A stretch of DNA of 64,000 nucleotides, from the NCBI RefSeq assembly GCF_057098645.1, contig NZ_CM169472.1. One strand, written 5' to 3'. Shown here piece after piece: positions 43,325 to 53,630 of this stretch. A model generated the notes under the pieces. It had not been told where the DNA came from. It was given only the letters and a program-made list of their open reading frames with translations, and searched no databases. Every line of letters starts with the position of its first letter. Positions within the stretch are counted from its first letter, which is position 1. The position numbers and the translations under genes are program-made.

Positions 43325-44677
43325 GTGTTTATTGGTTTTGATTACGGTACAGCAAACTGTTCAGTGGCGGTCATGCGTGACGGTAAACCGCAATTACTGA
43401 AAATGGAAAACGACAGCACGCTGCTGCCTTCAATGCTTTGCGCGCCAACGCGTGAAGCAGTAAGTGAATGGCTGTACCGCCATCATGATGTTCCGGCAGA
43501 CGACGATGAAACGCAGGCGCTGTTATGTCGGGCGATTCGTTATAACCGCGAAGAAGATATCGATGTTACGGCGAAAAGCGTGCAGTTCGGTCTTTCCTCA
43601 CTGGCACAGTACATTGATGATCCAGAAGAAGTGTGGTTTGTGAAATCACCAAAATCGTTCCTCGGTGCCAGCGGCTTAAAACCGCAGCAGGTAGCGCTGT
43701 TTGAGGATCTGGTCTGCGCAATGATGTTGCACATTCGCCAGCAGGCGCAGGCGCAGCTGCCAGAAGCGATTACTCAGGCGGTGATTGGTCGCCCGATCAA
43801 CTTCCAGGGGCTGGGCGGCGATGAAGCAAACGCCCAGGCGCAAGGGATTCTGGAACGCGCGGCGAAGCGTGCCGGATTCAGGGACGTGGTATTCCAGTAC
43901 GAGCCGGTCGCGGCTGGGCTGGATTACGAAGCCACCTTGCAGGAAGAAAAACGGGTGCTGGTGGTGGATATCGGCGGTGGTACGACTGACTGTTCATTGC
44001 TGCTGATGGGACCGCAGTGGCGTTCGCGTCTCGATCGTGAAGCCAGCCTGCTGGGTCACAGTGGTTGTCGTATTGGCGGTAACGATCTGGATATCGCCCT
44101 GGCGTTTAAAAACCTGATGCCACTGCTGGGTATGGGTGGCGAAACCGAAAAAGGCATCGCCCTGCCGATCCTGCCGTGGTGGAATGCGGTTGCCATCAAC
44201 GACGTACCTGCGCAGAGTGATTTCTACAGTAGTGCCAACGGTCGTCTGCTTAACGATCTGGTACGCGATGCCCGCGAACCGGAAAAAGTGGCCCTGTTAC
44301 AGAAAGTCTGGCGTCAGCGTTTAAGCTATCGCCTGGTGCGTAGCGCAGAAGAGTGCAAAATTGCTCTTTCAAGCGTAGCGGAAACCCGCGCCTCACTGCC
44401 GTTTATCAGCAATGAACTGGCTACGCTGATTAGCCAGCGAGGGCTGGAAAGCGCCCTCAGCCAGCCACTGACGCGGATTCTGGAACAGGTGCAACTGGCC
44501 CTGGATAACGCCCAGGAAAAACCGGACGTTATCTACCTGACCGGCGGTAGCGCCCGTTCTCCGCTGATTAAAAAAGCGCTGGCAGAACAGTTGCCGGGCA
44601 TTCCGATTGCAGGCGGCGATGACTTTGGCTCCGTCACCGCCGGGCTGGCACGCTGGGCGGAAGTGGTGTTTCGTTAA
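43325..44677 (+). CDS. yegD: Hsp70-family (actin-like ATPase) protein YegD
   Basis: 450 aa; MFIGFDYGTANCSVAV and DIGGGTTDCSLL motifs of the Hsp70/sugar-kinase fold. Confidence 0.88.
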   Translation: MFIGFDYGTANCSVAVMRDGKPQLLKMENDSTLLPSMLCAPTREAVSEWLYRHHDVPADDDETQALLCRAIRYNREEDIDVTAKSVQFGLSSLAQYIDDPEEVWFVKSPKSFLGASGLKPQQVALFEDLVCAMMLHIRQQAQAQLPEAITQAVIGRPINFQGLGGDEANAQAQGILERAAKRAGFRDVVFQYEPVAAGLDYEATLQEEKRVLVVDIGGGTTDCSLLLMGPQWRSRLDREASLLGHSGCRIGGNDLDIALAFKNLMPLLGMGGETEKGIALPILPWWNAVAINDVPAQSDFYSSANGRLLNDLVRDAREPEKVALLQKVWRQRLSYRLVRSAEECKIALSSVAETRASLPFISNELATLISQRGLESALSQPLTRILEQVQLALDNAQEKPDVIYLTGGSARSPLIKKALAEQLPGIPIAGGDDFGSVTAGLARWAEVVFR

Positions 44678-44689
44678 TTGAAAAATGGC

Positions 44690-46639
44690 TCAGCAGCGGC
44701 TTAAATCTGCCTGCGCCTGAGCCAGTTTTTCTGCTGCCTGACGTAACGGTTCCATCAACGGCATGGTCCGTGCTGGAGCATGAAGGCGGAATCGCTGCAA
44801 CTCTGTCGCGCCGACTGTCAACGCCGATTCCAGCCGATGTCGTTTGGCGGTCATTTTCGCCATTACCGCTTGTCTGTCTGCTGGCGTTATCGCTTCATTC
44901 GGCCTGAACACAAAACGGCGTTCACAGCTCGCTTTCCAGTCGATAACCGCCTGGGTCAGATGGTCGCCAAACCCTTTCACTTGCTTAACGCCACGACGGG
45001 TAACATCTGCGGCTGTTTCAATACCAAAAGACCGTAACGCCGCTTTACGCGCAGGGCCAACGCCGGGAATAGAGGCAACATCAATAAAAAATCCCTCCAG
45101 AAACTTCTGCTTCTGCCGTTCCCTTGCAGTGTCATGAAGTGCTGCCAGAGCGCGTTTCTCTTCTTCCGGTAACCCGAGAATTTCGTCCTTCATTTTTTCG
45201 AGCATCGTCCGTTTGGCGATAAAACCTTCCAGGCCGCCTACCTGCTGGATCTGGCGGACTAAATGGTCATAGTCCATTTTCGCACGATTAAATGCCTCAC
45301 GGCGTTGCTGAACTTCTGCTTTGTACGCTTTGCTTGTCAGACTGCCAATAATCCAGATAGCCGCCAGCACAGGAACCAAAATAATATAACGCGGTTCTGC
45401 CTGAAGGCCGCAAAGCAGCAGCGATAATGCTGACAGTGCGATCTCAAGCAGAATGATGTATTCGCGCCGTAACAGGCCTAAAGGAAGCGGCCTGCCAGTC
45501 GGTTGGAAATGATCGGGTAATGGCAGTTGCAATGCTGGCGGTGCTACTGACGCCATCACCATCGCCCAGACTTTCGCCAGCACAAAATTCCCGCCGGTGG
45601 TAATGACCTCTTCGCCGAGATCAATAAAATAGATAACGCCTTGATTATCCAGCGTACACCACGGGCAGTCGGTCAAATGAGCGGGATAAACATGCATTGC
45701 CGAAACGGTACATTTCTTTAACTGTTGGCGTAGAGAATCCAGTGCTGCTACCCACGCTTTAGCCGTCGGACGCCCGGTTGCTACACCACTTTCCGTAAAC
45801 GCCTGCTGAAACATGGCTTCAACATCGCCCGGTAACATCGACAGCGGAATCGATCGTGGCGGCGGTTTTAAACCACGTCGCTGATTATCTGACGCGTAGG
45901 CATAACGGAAATGGGCAATATCCGTCTCCAGCGCATTACCCGCATCAGAGATAAGCGGCACACCAGAATAAGGATGCCGCCCACCAAACAAGACGTGAAA
46001 AATAAGCAACGCAAGGCCAAAATTATCGTGATTCGCGGTACGTTCAAAACCGACAAATGATGGCAAGGTTTGTAGCTCTGGCGGCGTAAAATGCGACACG
46101 CCGACTTCGCATAAATGCAGTGTGCCATTGGCGTTAATCTGAAAGGAGTCACTATCGATCAACACCACTTTGCTGTCGCGACCTACCATAAAGCTGTTCT
46201 GGTTTACGTCCCCCACGACGTGCCCGTGCTCGTGAACCGTAGCAAAAGATGAAGCAATATTGCGCGCAACATAGAGTAGAAAATCCCACGCACAATGAGG
46301 GTAACTCTGGCGACGATGTGCCGGGCTATAGATCATATGAATCGGTTCTTTACCAGAAACTTTTGGCATCATAAAACCGATAACTTTTCCGCCTCGCCCA
46401 CCGTGAAGCGTTGCCTGCGGCCAGGCGACATAATTCAACAACTGCGCGTCAGCTGTCGCAGCCATAAAGGCAAGTTTGTCCTGTTTTAAGGCGGGTGGCG
46501 GCGTGTGATAAATCTTGGCGACGCTATCGGCAAACTCCTCGATATCATAAACCGCACCTTCACCGCCTTTGCCCAGTTCACGGCCTGGCGTAACGCACTC
46601 ACCAGTAGCAGTATATAAAGTGGGTTTCATGGTAACCAC
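44690..46639 (-). CDS. yegI: Eukaryotic-like Ser/Thr protein kinase YegI (kinase domain, two central hydrophobic helices, C-terminal HhH-like segment)
   Basis: 649 aa; glycine-rich loop LGKGGEGAVYD; hydrophobic stretch near residues 390-430; IPGVGPARKAAL helix-hairpin-helix-like motif; start overlaps pphC stop. Confidence 0.85.
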   Translation of the reverse strand: MVTMKPTLYTATGECVTPGRELGKGGEGAVYDIEEFADSVAKIYHTPPPALKQDKLAFMAATADAQLLNYVAWPQATLHGGRGGKVIGFMMPKVSGKEPIHMIYSPAHRRQSYPHCAWDFLLYVARNIASSFATVHEHGHVVGDVNQNSFMVGRDSKVVLIDSDSFQINANGTLHLCEVGVSHFTPPELQTLPSFVGFERTANHDNFGLALLIFHVLFGGRHPYSGVPLISDAGNALETDIAHFRYAYASDNQRRGLKPPPRSIPLSMLPGDVEAMFQQAFTESGVATGRPTAKAWVAALDSLRQQLKKCTVSAMHVYPAHLTDCPWCTLDNQGVIYFIDLGEEVITTGGNFVLAKVWAMVMASVAPPALQLPLPDHFQPTGRPLPLGLLRREYIILLEIALSALSLLLCGLQAEPRYIILVPVLAAIWIIGSLTSKAYKAEVQQRREAFNRAKMDYDHLVRQIQQVGGLEGFIAKRTMLEKMKDEILGLPEEEKRALAALHDTARERQKQKFLEGFFIDVASIPGVGPARKAALRSFGIETAADVTRRGVKQVKGFGDHLTQAVIDWKASCERRFVFRPNEAITPADRQAVMAKMTAKRHRLESALTVGATELQRFRLHAPARTMPLMEPLRQAAEKLAQAQADLSRC

Positions 46640-47388
46640 AGCGCCAGTGCCAACGTTTTATCATCATCGGTACGCTCGTTTACCGCCGGGCTCGACAAAA
46701 ACTGCTTTAACAATTCAGGTAATAAATCGAGTTGTTCCTGCGTTGCTGCCGCCAGTCCATTGAAAAACGGGGTAAAGAAAGGCACATGCGGAGAATTATC
46801 CAGCATATTTAACGCCAGTCGCTGAATACCATCCGTAAATGCTGCAACTTTATGCGCACGCTCAGTGCTGGTGAAAGTTTCCAGTCTGGAAACAGCATCT
46901 TCATCGCTAATGAAATGCGTCATATTGGCATATTCACCCACCATCGGCGTGAGCAGCAGTTCCAGACCACGACCAAAATCCACCACTACACCGCCGTCGC
47001 CAATTTGCATAATCAATGTGCCGTTAGCCGATGAAATCAATCCCAGAAACGTGCAGGCAAAATCGCGAACTGCTAATGCTTTGGCTTCTGCCTCGGCAAA
47101 AAGTCGTTGACGAATGGTCAGTACCATATTTGTGGCGAGGACATCATTAAGCCCCAATTCACCGTCCTGTACTTTTTGCACCATAAACGCCATCGCTTCA
47201 TTGACGGCGAGCTTCGCGCCTTCTCCTCCCTGCGAAACGCTACCTGCGCCATCAGCAAGGAACATCACCAGTAATGGCTGCTGGTCATTTAGCCAGGCAA
47301 CCTGCATCTGGCAGGCATCCTGACAAGGTAAATCAGCGCTAATGTGCGACGTTCCAACAGCGGATGCATAAACCAGACGCCAGCTCAC
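46627..47388 (-). CDS. pphC: PP2C-like Ser/Thr phosphatase PphC (YegK)
   Basis: 253 aa; conserved position between yegL and yegI with overlapping start/stop codons. Confidence 0.82.
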   Translation of the reverse strand: MSWRLVYASAVGTSHISADLPCQDACQMQVAWLNDQQPLLVMFLADGAGSVSQGGEGAKLAVNEAMAFMVQKVQDGELGLNDVLATNMVLTIRQRLFAEAEAKALAVRDFACTFLGLISSANGTLIMQIGDGGVVVDFGRGLELLLTPMVGEYANMTHFISDEDAVSRLETFTSTERAHKVAAFTDGIQRLALNMLDNSPHVPFFTPFFNGLAAATQEQLDLLPELLKQFLSSPAVNERTDDDKTLALALWLP

Positions 47389-48044
47389 ACTGACGTCCAG
47401 CCTTTTGGCGCTTCCAGCACAACTTCCGTTCCCGGCGTGGAGCGGGAAACCGAACGCAGTGAACTGGATAACCAGCTAAACAGTTCGCGGAATTGTAATC
47501 CCTGCAGAGACAAAGGCTGACGGACGCTGATTTGGGCCAGCGTCTTCATATCCGCCCCCTGAACACCGATGGAAAAGAAGGCAAACTTCTTATCTTCTTC
47601 CCCCTGAAACACTTTGTTGGCGGCAGCCTGCCACTCATCGGTTGGAGCGCCATCGGTGATCAGGAAAATCCACGGGCGATAATACGAAATACCATTTGCA
47701 CGATACTCACGTTTCCGCTCCTCTACCATATCCAGGGCTTTGGTAATGGCGGCACCCATTGGTGTATCGCCCTGGGCAAACAGAATGGGCGGGAAAAAAT
47801 TAGCGGCGCTGGTAAAGGGTTGTTCCACATGCACCGGGCCGAACGTCACAATACCAAGTTCCACTCTTTTTAAGGCCAGCGGGTCGGCAAGCAGCTCATC
47901 GCGAAAGGTAACCAATCCGGCGTTAAGTTCATTAATGGGTCTACCGTTCATCGAACCAGAAACATCCAGCAGCAAAATGCAGGGGCAACGTGGTTCCGGG
48001 TTACTGGCAAAATCGCTGGTGGCAAACGTGATTTGTTCGCTCAT
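47385..48044 (-). CDS. yegL: von Willebrand factor A (TerY-like) domain protein YegL
   Basis: 219 aa; MIDAS motif DVSGSM near the N-terminus. Confidence 0.85.
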   Translation of the reverse strand: MSEQITFATSDFASNPEPRCPCILLLDVSGSMNGRPINELNAGLVTFRDELLADPLALKRVELGIVTFGPVHVEQPFTSAANFFPPILFAQGDTPMGAAITKALDMVEERKREYRANGISYYRPWIFLITDGAPTDEWQAAANKVFQGEEDKKFAFFSIGVQGADMKTLAQISVRQPLSLQGLQFRELFSWLSSSLRSVSRSTPGTEVVLEAPKGWTSV

Positions 48045-48225
48045 AAGAAATCCTTTCTTAGAGAATTATTGAGGTCCGGTATCATACCGATTGCAATAAT
48101 GAAATAAGAGCAAACGAAGAAACTTTCAGAATTAGGCCCGGCGGCGCAGAAAATTTTGCTATTCGCCTCGCAAGAACGGAGAGCCGTCGATTGACACTAA
48201 GGGCGGAGTGACATAATTACAGGAG

Positions 48226-48376
48226 TGAGGGTTAGGGAGAAGTTTCCCCCTCCCCCTGGTGTTCTTAGTAAGCCTGGAAGCTAATCACTAAGAGTATCAC
48301 CAGTATGATGACGTGCTTCATCATAACCCTTTCCTTATTTAAAAGCCCTCTTCTCCGGGAGAGGGTTCCCCGTTTT
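48226..48376 (+). ncRNA. sibA: Sib antisense sRNA, copy 1 (sibA-like antitoxin RNA); ends approximate
   Basis: Sigma70-like promoter (TTGACA 48191-48196, 17-bp spacer, TAATTA 48214-48219); fully antisense to ibsA; hairpin 48346-48365 followed by a T-rich run. Confidence 0.7.
48265..48324 (-). CDS. ibsA: Type I toxin peptide IbsA (19 aa, MMKHVIILVILLVISFQAY)
   Basis: Translated directly from the minus strand; matches my recollection of K-12 IbsA (from memory, not searched); too short to appear in the ORF track. Confidence 0.85.
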   Translation of the reverse strand: MMKHVIILVILLVISFQAY

Positions 48377-48561
48377 AGCGTCCCGCTGAAATCGTCGGCT
48401 TACCTCCTTTCGCCCTGAATGCAGTCTATCGCTGACTTGCGGATAAAATAGTTTCAAGTGTGATTATTGCGTAACGACTCGCAAAGAATATTTGCTGGCA
48501 GGATCGCAGACTGCAAAGCCTGCAGATTGACAATCTTATCGTGAAGGCATACTTTCAGGAG

Positions 48562-48705
48562 TGAGGGTAGAGCGGGGTTTCCCCCGCCCTGGTAGTCTTA
48601 GTAAGCGGGGAAGCTTATGACTAAGAGCACCACGATGATGAGTAGCTTCATCATGACCCTTTCCTTATTTAAGGCCCCTTCCTCGGGAGGGGCTTTCCCG
48701 TTTCA
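48562..48705 (+). ncRNA. sibB: Sib antisense sRNA, copy 2 (sibB-like); ends approximate
   Basis: Promoter TTGACA 48527-48532 / TACTTT 48550-48555; antisense to ibsB; terminator hairpin about 48674-48693 then T-rich run. Confidence 0.7.
48598..48654 (-). CDS. ibsB: Type I toxin peptide IbsB (18 aa, MMKLLIIVVLLVISFPAY)
   Basis: Translated directly from the minus strand; matches my recollection of K-12 IbsB (from memory, not searched). Confidence 0.85.
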   Translation of the reverse strand: MMKLLIIVVLLVISFPAY

Positions 48706-48889
48706 GCGTCCCGCTGAAATCTTCGGCTTACCTCCTTTCGCCCTGTATGCAGTCTATCGCTGACTTGCGGATAAAATAGTTTCAAGTGTGATTATTGCGT
48801 AACGACTCGCAAAGAATATTTGCTGGCAGGATCGCAGACTGCAAAGCCTGCAGATTGACAATCTTATCGTGAAGGCATACTTTCAGGAG

Positions 48890-49033
48890 TGAGGGTAGAG
48901 CGGGGTTTCCCCCGCCCTGGTAGTCTTAGTATGCTGGGTAGCTAATCACTAAGAGCACCACGATGATGAGTATCTTCATCATGACCCTTTCCTTATTTAT
49001 GGCCCCTTCCTCGGGAGGGGCTTTCCCGTTTCA
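48890..49033 (+). ncRNA. Sib antisense sRNA, copy 3 (third tandem module); ends approximate
   Basis: Promoter TTGACA 48855-48860 / TACTTT 48878-48883, identical to copy 2; terminator hairpin about 49003-49022. Confidence 0.65.
48926..48982 (-). CDS. Ibs-family type I toxin peptide, third copy (18 aa, MMKILIIVVLLVISYPAY)
   Basis: Translated directly; differs from the copy-2 peptide at positions 4 and 15 (L to I, F to Y). Confidence 0.75.
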   Translation of the reverse strand: MMKILIIVVLLVISYPAY

Positions 49034-49189
49034 GCGTCCCGCTGAAATCGTCGGCTTACCTCCTTTCGCCATGCAAGCAGTCTATCGCTAACGCGTAGAT
49101 AAAATAGTTTCCTGTGTTATTACTGGATGCGTGCTCGCAAATGTGCCCGCCATTCAGACGATTCCCGATAGTGTTTCATAATTCCTCCA

Positions 49190-49207
49190 TTTTTCTCCCT
49201 TATTGGC
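49190..49207 (+). promoter_or_regulatory. BaeR box upstream of mdtA
   Basis: tttttctcccttattggc matches 17 of 18 positions of the BaeR consensus TTTTTCTCCATDATTGGC as I remember it; about 55 bp upstream of the mdtA ATG. Confidence 0.7.
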
Positions 49208-49260
49208 TGGCTACACTAGTATCATTCCGCGAAACGTTTCAGGAAGAGAAACTCTTAACG

Positions 49261-50508
49261 ATGAAAGGCAGTTATAAATCCCGTTGGGTAATCGTAATCG
49301 TGGTGGTTATCGCCGCCATCGCCGCATTCTGGTTCTGGCAAGGCCGCAATGACTCCCAGAGTGCAGCCCCAGGGGCGACGAAACAAGCGCAGCAATCGCC
49401 AGCGGGTGGTCGCCGTGGTATGCGTTCCGGCCCATTAGCCCCGGTTCAGGCGGCGACCGCCGTAGAACAGGCAGTTCCGCGTTACCTCACCGGGCTTGGC
49501 ACCATTACCGCTGCTAACACCGTTACGGTGCGCAGCCGCGTAGATGGTCAGTTGATGGCGTTACATTTCCAGGAAGGCCAGCAGGTCAAAGCAGGCGATT
49601 TACTGGCAGAAATTGACCCCAGCCAGTTCAAAGTTGCATTAGCACAAGCCCAGGGCCAACTGGCAAAAGATAAAGCCACGCTTGCCAACGCCCGCCGTGA
49701 CCTGGCGCGTTATCAACAACTGGTAAAAACCAATCTCGTATCTCGTCAGGAACTGGATGCCCAACAAGCGCTGGTCAGTGAAACCGAAGGCACCATTAAG
49801 GCTGATGAAGCAAGCGTCGCCAGCGCACAGCTGCAACTCGACTGGAGCCGCATCACCGCACCAGTCGATGGTCGCGTTGGTCTCAAGCAGGTTGATGTTG
49901 GTAACCAAATCTCCAGTGGTGATACCACCGGAATTGTGGTGATCACCCAGACGCATCCTATCGATTTGCTCTTTACCCTGCCGGAAAGCGATATCGCTAC
50001 CGTTGTGCAGGCGCAAAAAGCCGGAAAACCGCTGGTGGTAGAAGCCTGGGATCGCACCAACTCGAAGAAATTAAGTGAAGGCACGCTGTTAAGTCTCGAT
50101 AACCAAATCGATGCCACTACCGGTACGATTAAAGTGAAAGCACGCTTTAATAATCAGGATGATGCGCTGTTTCCCAATCAGTTTGTTAACGCGCGCATGT
50201 TAGTCGACACCGAACAAAACGCCGTAGTGATCCCAACAGCCGCCCTGCAAATGGGCAATGAAGGCCATTTTGTCTGGGTGCTGAATAGCGAAAACAAGGT
50301 CAGCAAACATCTGGTGACGCCGGGCATTCAGGACAGTCAGAAAGTGGTGATCCGCGCAGGTATTTCTGCGGGCGATCGCGTGGTGACAGACGGCATTGAT
50401 CGCCTGACCGAAGGGGCGAAAGTGGAAGTGGTGGAAGCCCAGAGCGCCACCACTCCGGAAGAGAAAGCCACCAGCCGCGAATACGCGAAAAAAGGAGCAC
50501 GCTCCTGA
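49261..50508 (+). CDS. mdtA: Multidrug efflux RND membrane-fusion protein MdtA
   Basis: 415 aa from ATG 49261 ([16 protein letters not shown]...); the track ORF is an in-frame upstream extension. Confidence 0.95.
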   Translation: MKGSYKSRWVIVIVVVIAAIAAFWFWQGRNDSQSAAPGATKQAQQSPAGGRRGMRSGPLAPVQAATAVEQAVPRYLTGLGTITAANTVTVRSRVDGQLMALHFQEGQQVKAGDLLAEIDPSQFKVALAQAQGQLAKDKATLANARRDLARYQQLVKTNLVSRQELDAQQALVSETEGTIKADEASVASAQLQLDWSRITAPVDGRVGLKQVDVGNQISSGDTTGIVVITQTHPIDLLFTLPESDIATVVQAQKAGKPLVVEAWDRTNSKKLSEGTLLSLDNQIDATTGTIKVKARFNNQDDALFPNQFVNARMLVDTEQNAVVIPTAALQMGNEGHFVWVLNSENKVSKHLVTPGIQDSQKVVIRAGISAGDRVVTDGIDRLTEGAKVEVVEAQSATTPEEKATSREYAKKGARS

Positions 50509-53500
50509 TGCAGGTGTTACCCCCGAGCAGCACAGGCGGCCCGTCGCGCCTGTTTATTATGCGTCCTGTGGCCACCACGCTGCTGATGGTGGCGATCTTA
50601 CTCGCCGGGATTATCGGTTATCGCGCCCTGCCCGTTTCGGCGCTGCCGGAAGTGGACTATCCGACCATTCAGGTGGTCACGCTCTACCCAGGTGCGAGCC
50701 CGGATGTCATGACCTCTGCCGTTACCGCGCCGCTCGAACGCCAGTTCGGGCAGATGTCTGGTCTGAAACAGATGTCGTCGCAAAGTTCCGGCGGTGCGTC
50801 AGTTATCACTTTGCAGTTCCAGCTAACATTACCGCTGGATGTCGCCGAGCAGGAAGTACAGGCCGCGATTAACGCTGCGACCAACTTGTTGCCGAGCGAT
50901 CTGCCTAACCCGCCGGTTTACAGCAAAGTGAACCCGGCAGATCCGCCGATCATGACGCTCGCCGTCACCTCAACAGCCATGCCGATGACGCAAGTGGAAG
51001 ATATGGTGGAAACCCGCGTCGCGCAGAAAATCTCGCAGATTTCCGGCGTCGGCCTGGTGTCGCTTTCCGGCGGCCAGCGTCCGGCTGTTCGCGTCAAACT
51101 TAACGCTCAGGCGATTGCCGCCCTCGGCCTGACCAGCGAAACCGTGCGCACCGCCATTACCGGCGCTAACGTTAACTCGGCAAAAGGTAGCCTCGACGGC
51201 CCTTCCCGCGCGGTTACGCTTTCCGCGAACGACCAGATGCAATCCGCCGAAGAGTATCGCCAGTTGATTATCGCCTACCAGAACGGCGCGCCGATTCGTC
51301 TGGGCGATGTCGCAACTGTAGAGCAAGGTGCAGAAAACAGCTGGCTCGGCGCATGGGCGAACAAAGAACAGGCCATTGTGATGAATGTTCAGCGCCAGCC
51401 CGGTGCTAACATTATCTCCACCGCCGACAGCATCCGGCAGATGCTGCCACAGCTCACCGAGAGTTTGCCGAAATCGGTGAAGGTGACGGTACTTTCTGAC
51501 CGTACCACCAATATCCGCGCATCTGTCGATGATACTCAGTTTGAATTGATGATGGCTATCGCGCTGGTAGTCATGATTATCTACCTGTTTTTGCGCAATA
51601 TTCCGGCGACCATCATTCCCGGTGTTGCCGTGCCGCTGTCGTTAATCGGCACTTTTGCGGTTATGGTGTTTCTCGATTTTTCAATCAATAACCTGACACT
51701 GATGGCGTTAACTATCGCCACCGGATTCGTGGTCGATGACGCCATCGTGGTGATCGAAAACATTTCCCGCTATATCGAAAAAGGCGAAAAACCGTTGGCG
51801 GCGGCGCTCAAGGGCGCAGGTGAAATCGGCTTTACCATTATCTCGCTGACCTTCTCACTGATTGCGGTGTTGATCCCACTGCTGTTTATGGGCGATATCG
51901 TCGGGCGACTGTTCCGCGAATTTGCTATTACCCTGGCGGTAGCGATTTTGATCTCAGCGGTGGTGTCGCTGACCCTGACACCGATGATGTGCGCGCGGAT
52001 GCTCAGCCAGGAGTCGTTGCGTAAACAGAACCGCTTCTCCCGTGCCTCGGAAAAAATGTTCGACAGGATAATCGCCGCCTATGGTCGTGGACTGGCGAAA
52101 GTGCTGAATCATCCGTGGCTGACCTTAAGCGTGGCACTCAGCACGCTGCTGCTTAGCGTGCTGCTGTGGGTGTTCATTCCGAAAGGTTTCTTCCCGGTAC
52201 AGGACAATGGCATTATTCAGGGCACTTTGCAGGCACCGCAATCCAGCTCCTTTGCCAATATGGCCCAGCGACAACGCCAGGTCGCGGACGTGATTTTGCA
52301 GGATCCGGCAGTGCAAAGCCTGACCTCATTTGTTGGCGTTGATGGCACTAACCCGTCGCTGAACAGTGCACGTTTACAAATCAACCTCAAACCGTTGGAT
52401 GAACGTGATGATCGGGTGCAAAAAGTCATCGCCCGTCTGCAAACGGCGGTAGATAAAGTGCCGGGCGTCGATCTCTTCCTGCAACCAACGCAGGATCTGA
52501 CTATTGATACTCAGGTCAGCCGCACCCAGTACCAGTTTACCTTGCAGGCCACGTCACTGGATGCGCTCAGTACCTGGGTGCCACAGTTGATGGAAAAACT
52601 CCAGCAACTGCCACAGCTTTCTGATGTCTCCAGCGACTGGCAGGACAAAGGGCTGGTGGCGTATGTCAATGTTGATCGCGACAGCGCCAGCCGTCTGGGG
52701 ATCAGCATGGCGGATGTCGATAACGCCCTGTACAACGCGTTTGGTCAGCGGCTGATTTCCACTATTTATACTCAGGCCAACCAGTATCGCGTGGTGCTGG
52801 AGCACAACACCGAAAATACCCCAGGCCTCGCGGCGCTGGATACCATTCGCCTGACCAGCAGCGACGGCGGCGTGGTGCCGCTAAGCTCAATTGCCAAAAT
52901 TGAGCAGCGTTTTGCGCCGCTCTCCATCAACCATCTGGATCAGTTCCCGGTAACGACCATCTCCTTTAACGTGCCGGATAACTATTCGCTGGGCGATGCG
53001 GTGCAGGCGATTATGGACACCGAAAAGACGCTGAATCTGCCGGTGGATATCACCACGCAGTTCCAGGGCAGCACCCTCGCCTTCCAGTCGGCGCTGGGCA
53101 GCACTGTCTGGCTGATTGTCGCGGCGGTGGTGGCGATGTATATCGTGCTCGGCATTCTGTACGAGAGCTTTATTCACCCGATCACCATTCTCTCGACGCT
53201 ACCCACCGCAGGGGTTGGCGCACTGCTGGCGTTGCTGATTGCTGGTAGCGAACTGGATGTGATTGCGATTATCGGCATTATTTTGCTGATCGGTATCGTG
53301 AAGAAGAACGCCATCATGATGATCGACTTCGCGCTGGCTGCCGAGCGCGAGCAAGGCATGTCGCCGCGCGAGGCAATCTACCAGGCTTGTCTGTTGCGTT
53401 TTCGTCCGATCCTGATGACCACCCTGGCGGCTCTGCTTGGCGCGCTGCCGCTGATGTTGAGTACCGGGGTCGGCGCGGAACTGCGTCGTCCGTTAGGTAT

Positions 53501-53630
53501 CGGCATGGTCGGCGGCCTGATTGTCAGCCAGGTGCTGACGCTGTTCACCACGCCGGTGATTTATCTGCTGTTCGACCGCCTGGCATTGTGGACCAAAAGC
53601 CGCTTTGCCCGTCATGAAGAGGAGGCGTAA
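50508..53630 (+). CDS. mdtB: Multidrug efflux RND transporter MdtB
   Basis: 1040 aa; 12-TM RND permease; start overlaps mdtA stop. Confidence 0.95.
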   Translation: MQVLPPSSTGGPSRLFIMRPVATTLLMVAILLAGIIGYRALPVSALPEVDYPTIQVVTLYPGASPDVMTSAVTAPLERQFGQMSGLKQMSSQSSGGASVITLQFQLTLPLDVAEQEVQAAINAATNLLPSDLPNPPVYSKVNPADPPIMTLAVTSTAMPMTQVEDMVETRVAQKISQISGVGLVSLSGGQRPAVRVKLNAQAIAALGLTSETVRTAITGANVNSAKGSLDGPSRAVTLSANDQMQSAEEYRQLIIAYQNGAPIRLGDVATVEQGAENSWLGAWANKEQAIVMNVQRQPGANIISTADSIRQMLPQLTESLPKSVKVTVLSDRTTNIRASVDDTQFELMMAIALVVMIIYLFLRNIPATIIPGVAVPLSLIGTFAVMVFLDFSINNLTLMALTIATGFVVDDAIVVIENISRYIEKGEKPLAAALKGAGEIGFTIISLTFSLIAVLIPLLFMGDIVGRLFREFAITLAVAILISAVVSLTLTPMMCARMLSQESLRKQNRFSRASEKMFDRIIAAYGRGLAKVLNHPWLTLSVALSTLLLSVLLWVFIPKGFFPVQDNGIIQGTLQAPQSSSFANMAQRQRQVADVILQDPAVQSLTSFVGVDGTNPSLNSARLQINLKPLDERDDRVQKVIARLQTAVDKVPGVDLFLQPTQDLTIDTQVSRTQYQFTLQATSLDALSTWVPQLMEKLQQLPQLSDVSSDWQDKGLVAYVNVDRDSASRLGISMADVDNALYNAFGQRLISTIYTQANQYRVVLEHNTENTPGLAALDTIRLTSSDGGVVPLSSIAKIEQRFAPLSINHLDQFPVTTISFNVPDNYSLGDAVQAIMDTEKTLNLPVDITTQFQGSTLAFQSALGSTVWLIVAAVVAMYIVLGILYESFIHPITILSTLPTAGVGALLALLIAGSELDVIAIIGIILLIGIVKKNAIMMIDFALAAEREQGMSPREAIYQACLLRFRPILMTTLAALLGALPLMLSTGVGAELRRPLGIGMVGGLIVSQVLTLFTTPVIYLLFDRLALWTKSRFARHEEEA

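Noticed and set aside
48150-49110. Possible CRISPR array suggested by regularly spaced repeats
   Set aside because: Repeat units are about 330 bp, each with its own promoter, a small peptide ORF and a terminator; there are no short 28-37-bp repeats with unique spacers. This is a sib/ibs toxin-antitoxin array, not CRISPR.
49114-49260. Upstream in-frame extension of mdtA (MLLLDACSQ...)
   Set aside because: The extension runs through the BaeR box and into the sib terminator region; the ATG at 49261 with the conserved MKGSYKSRW start is the plausible initiation site.
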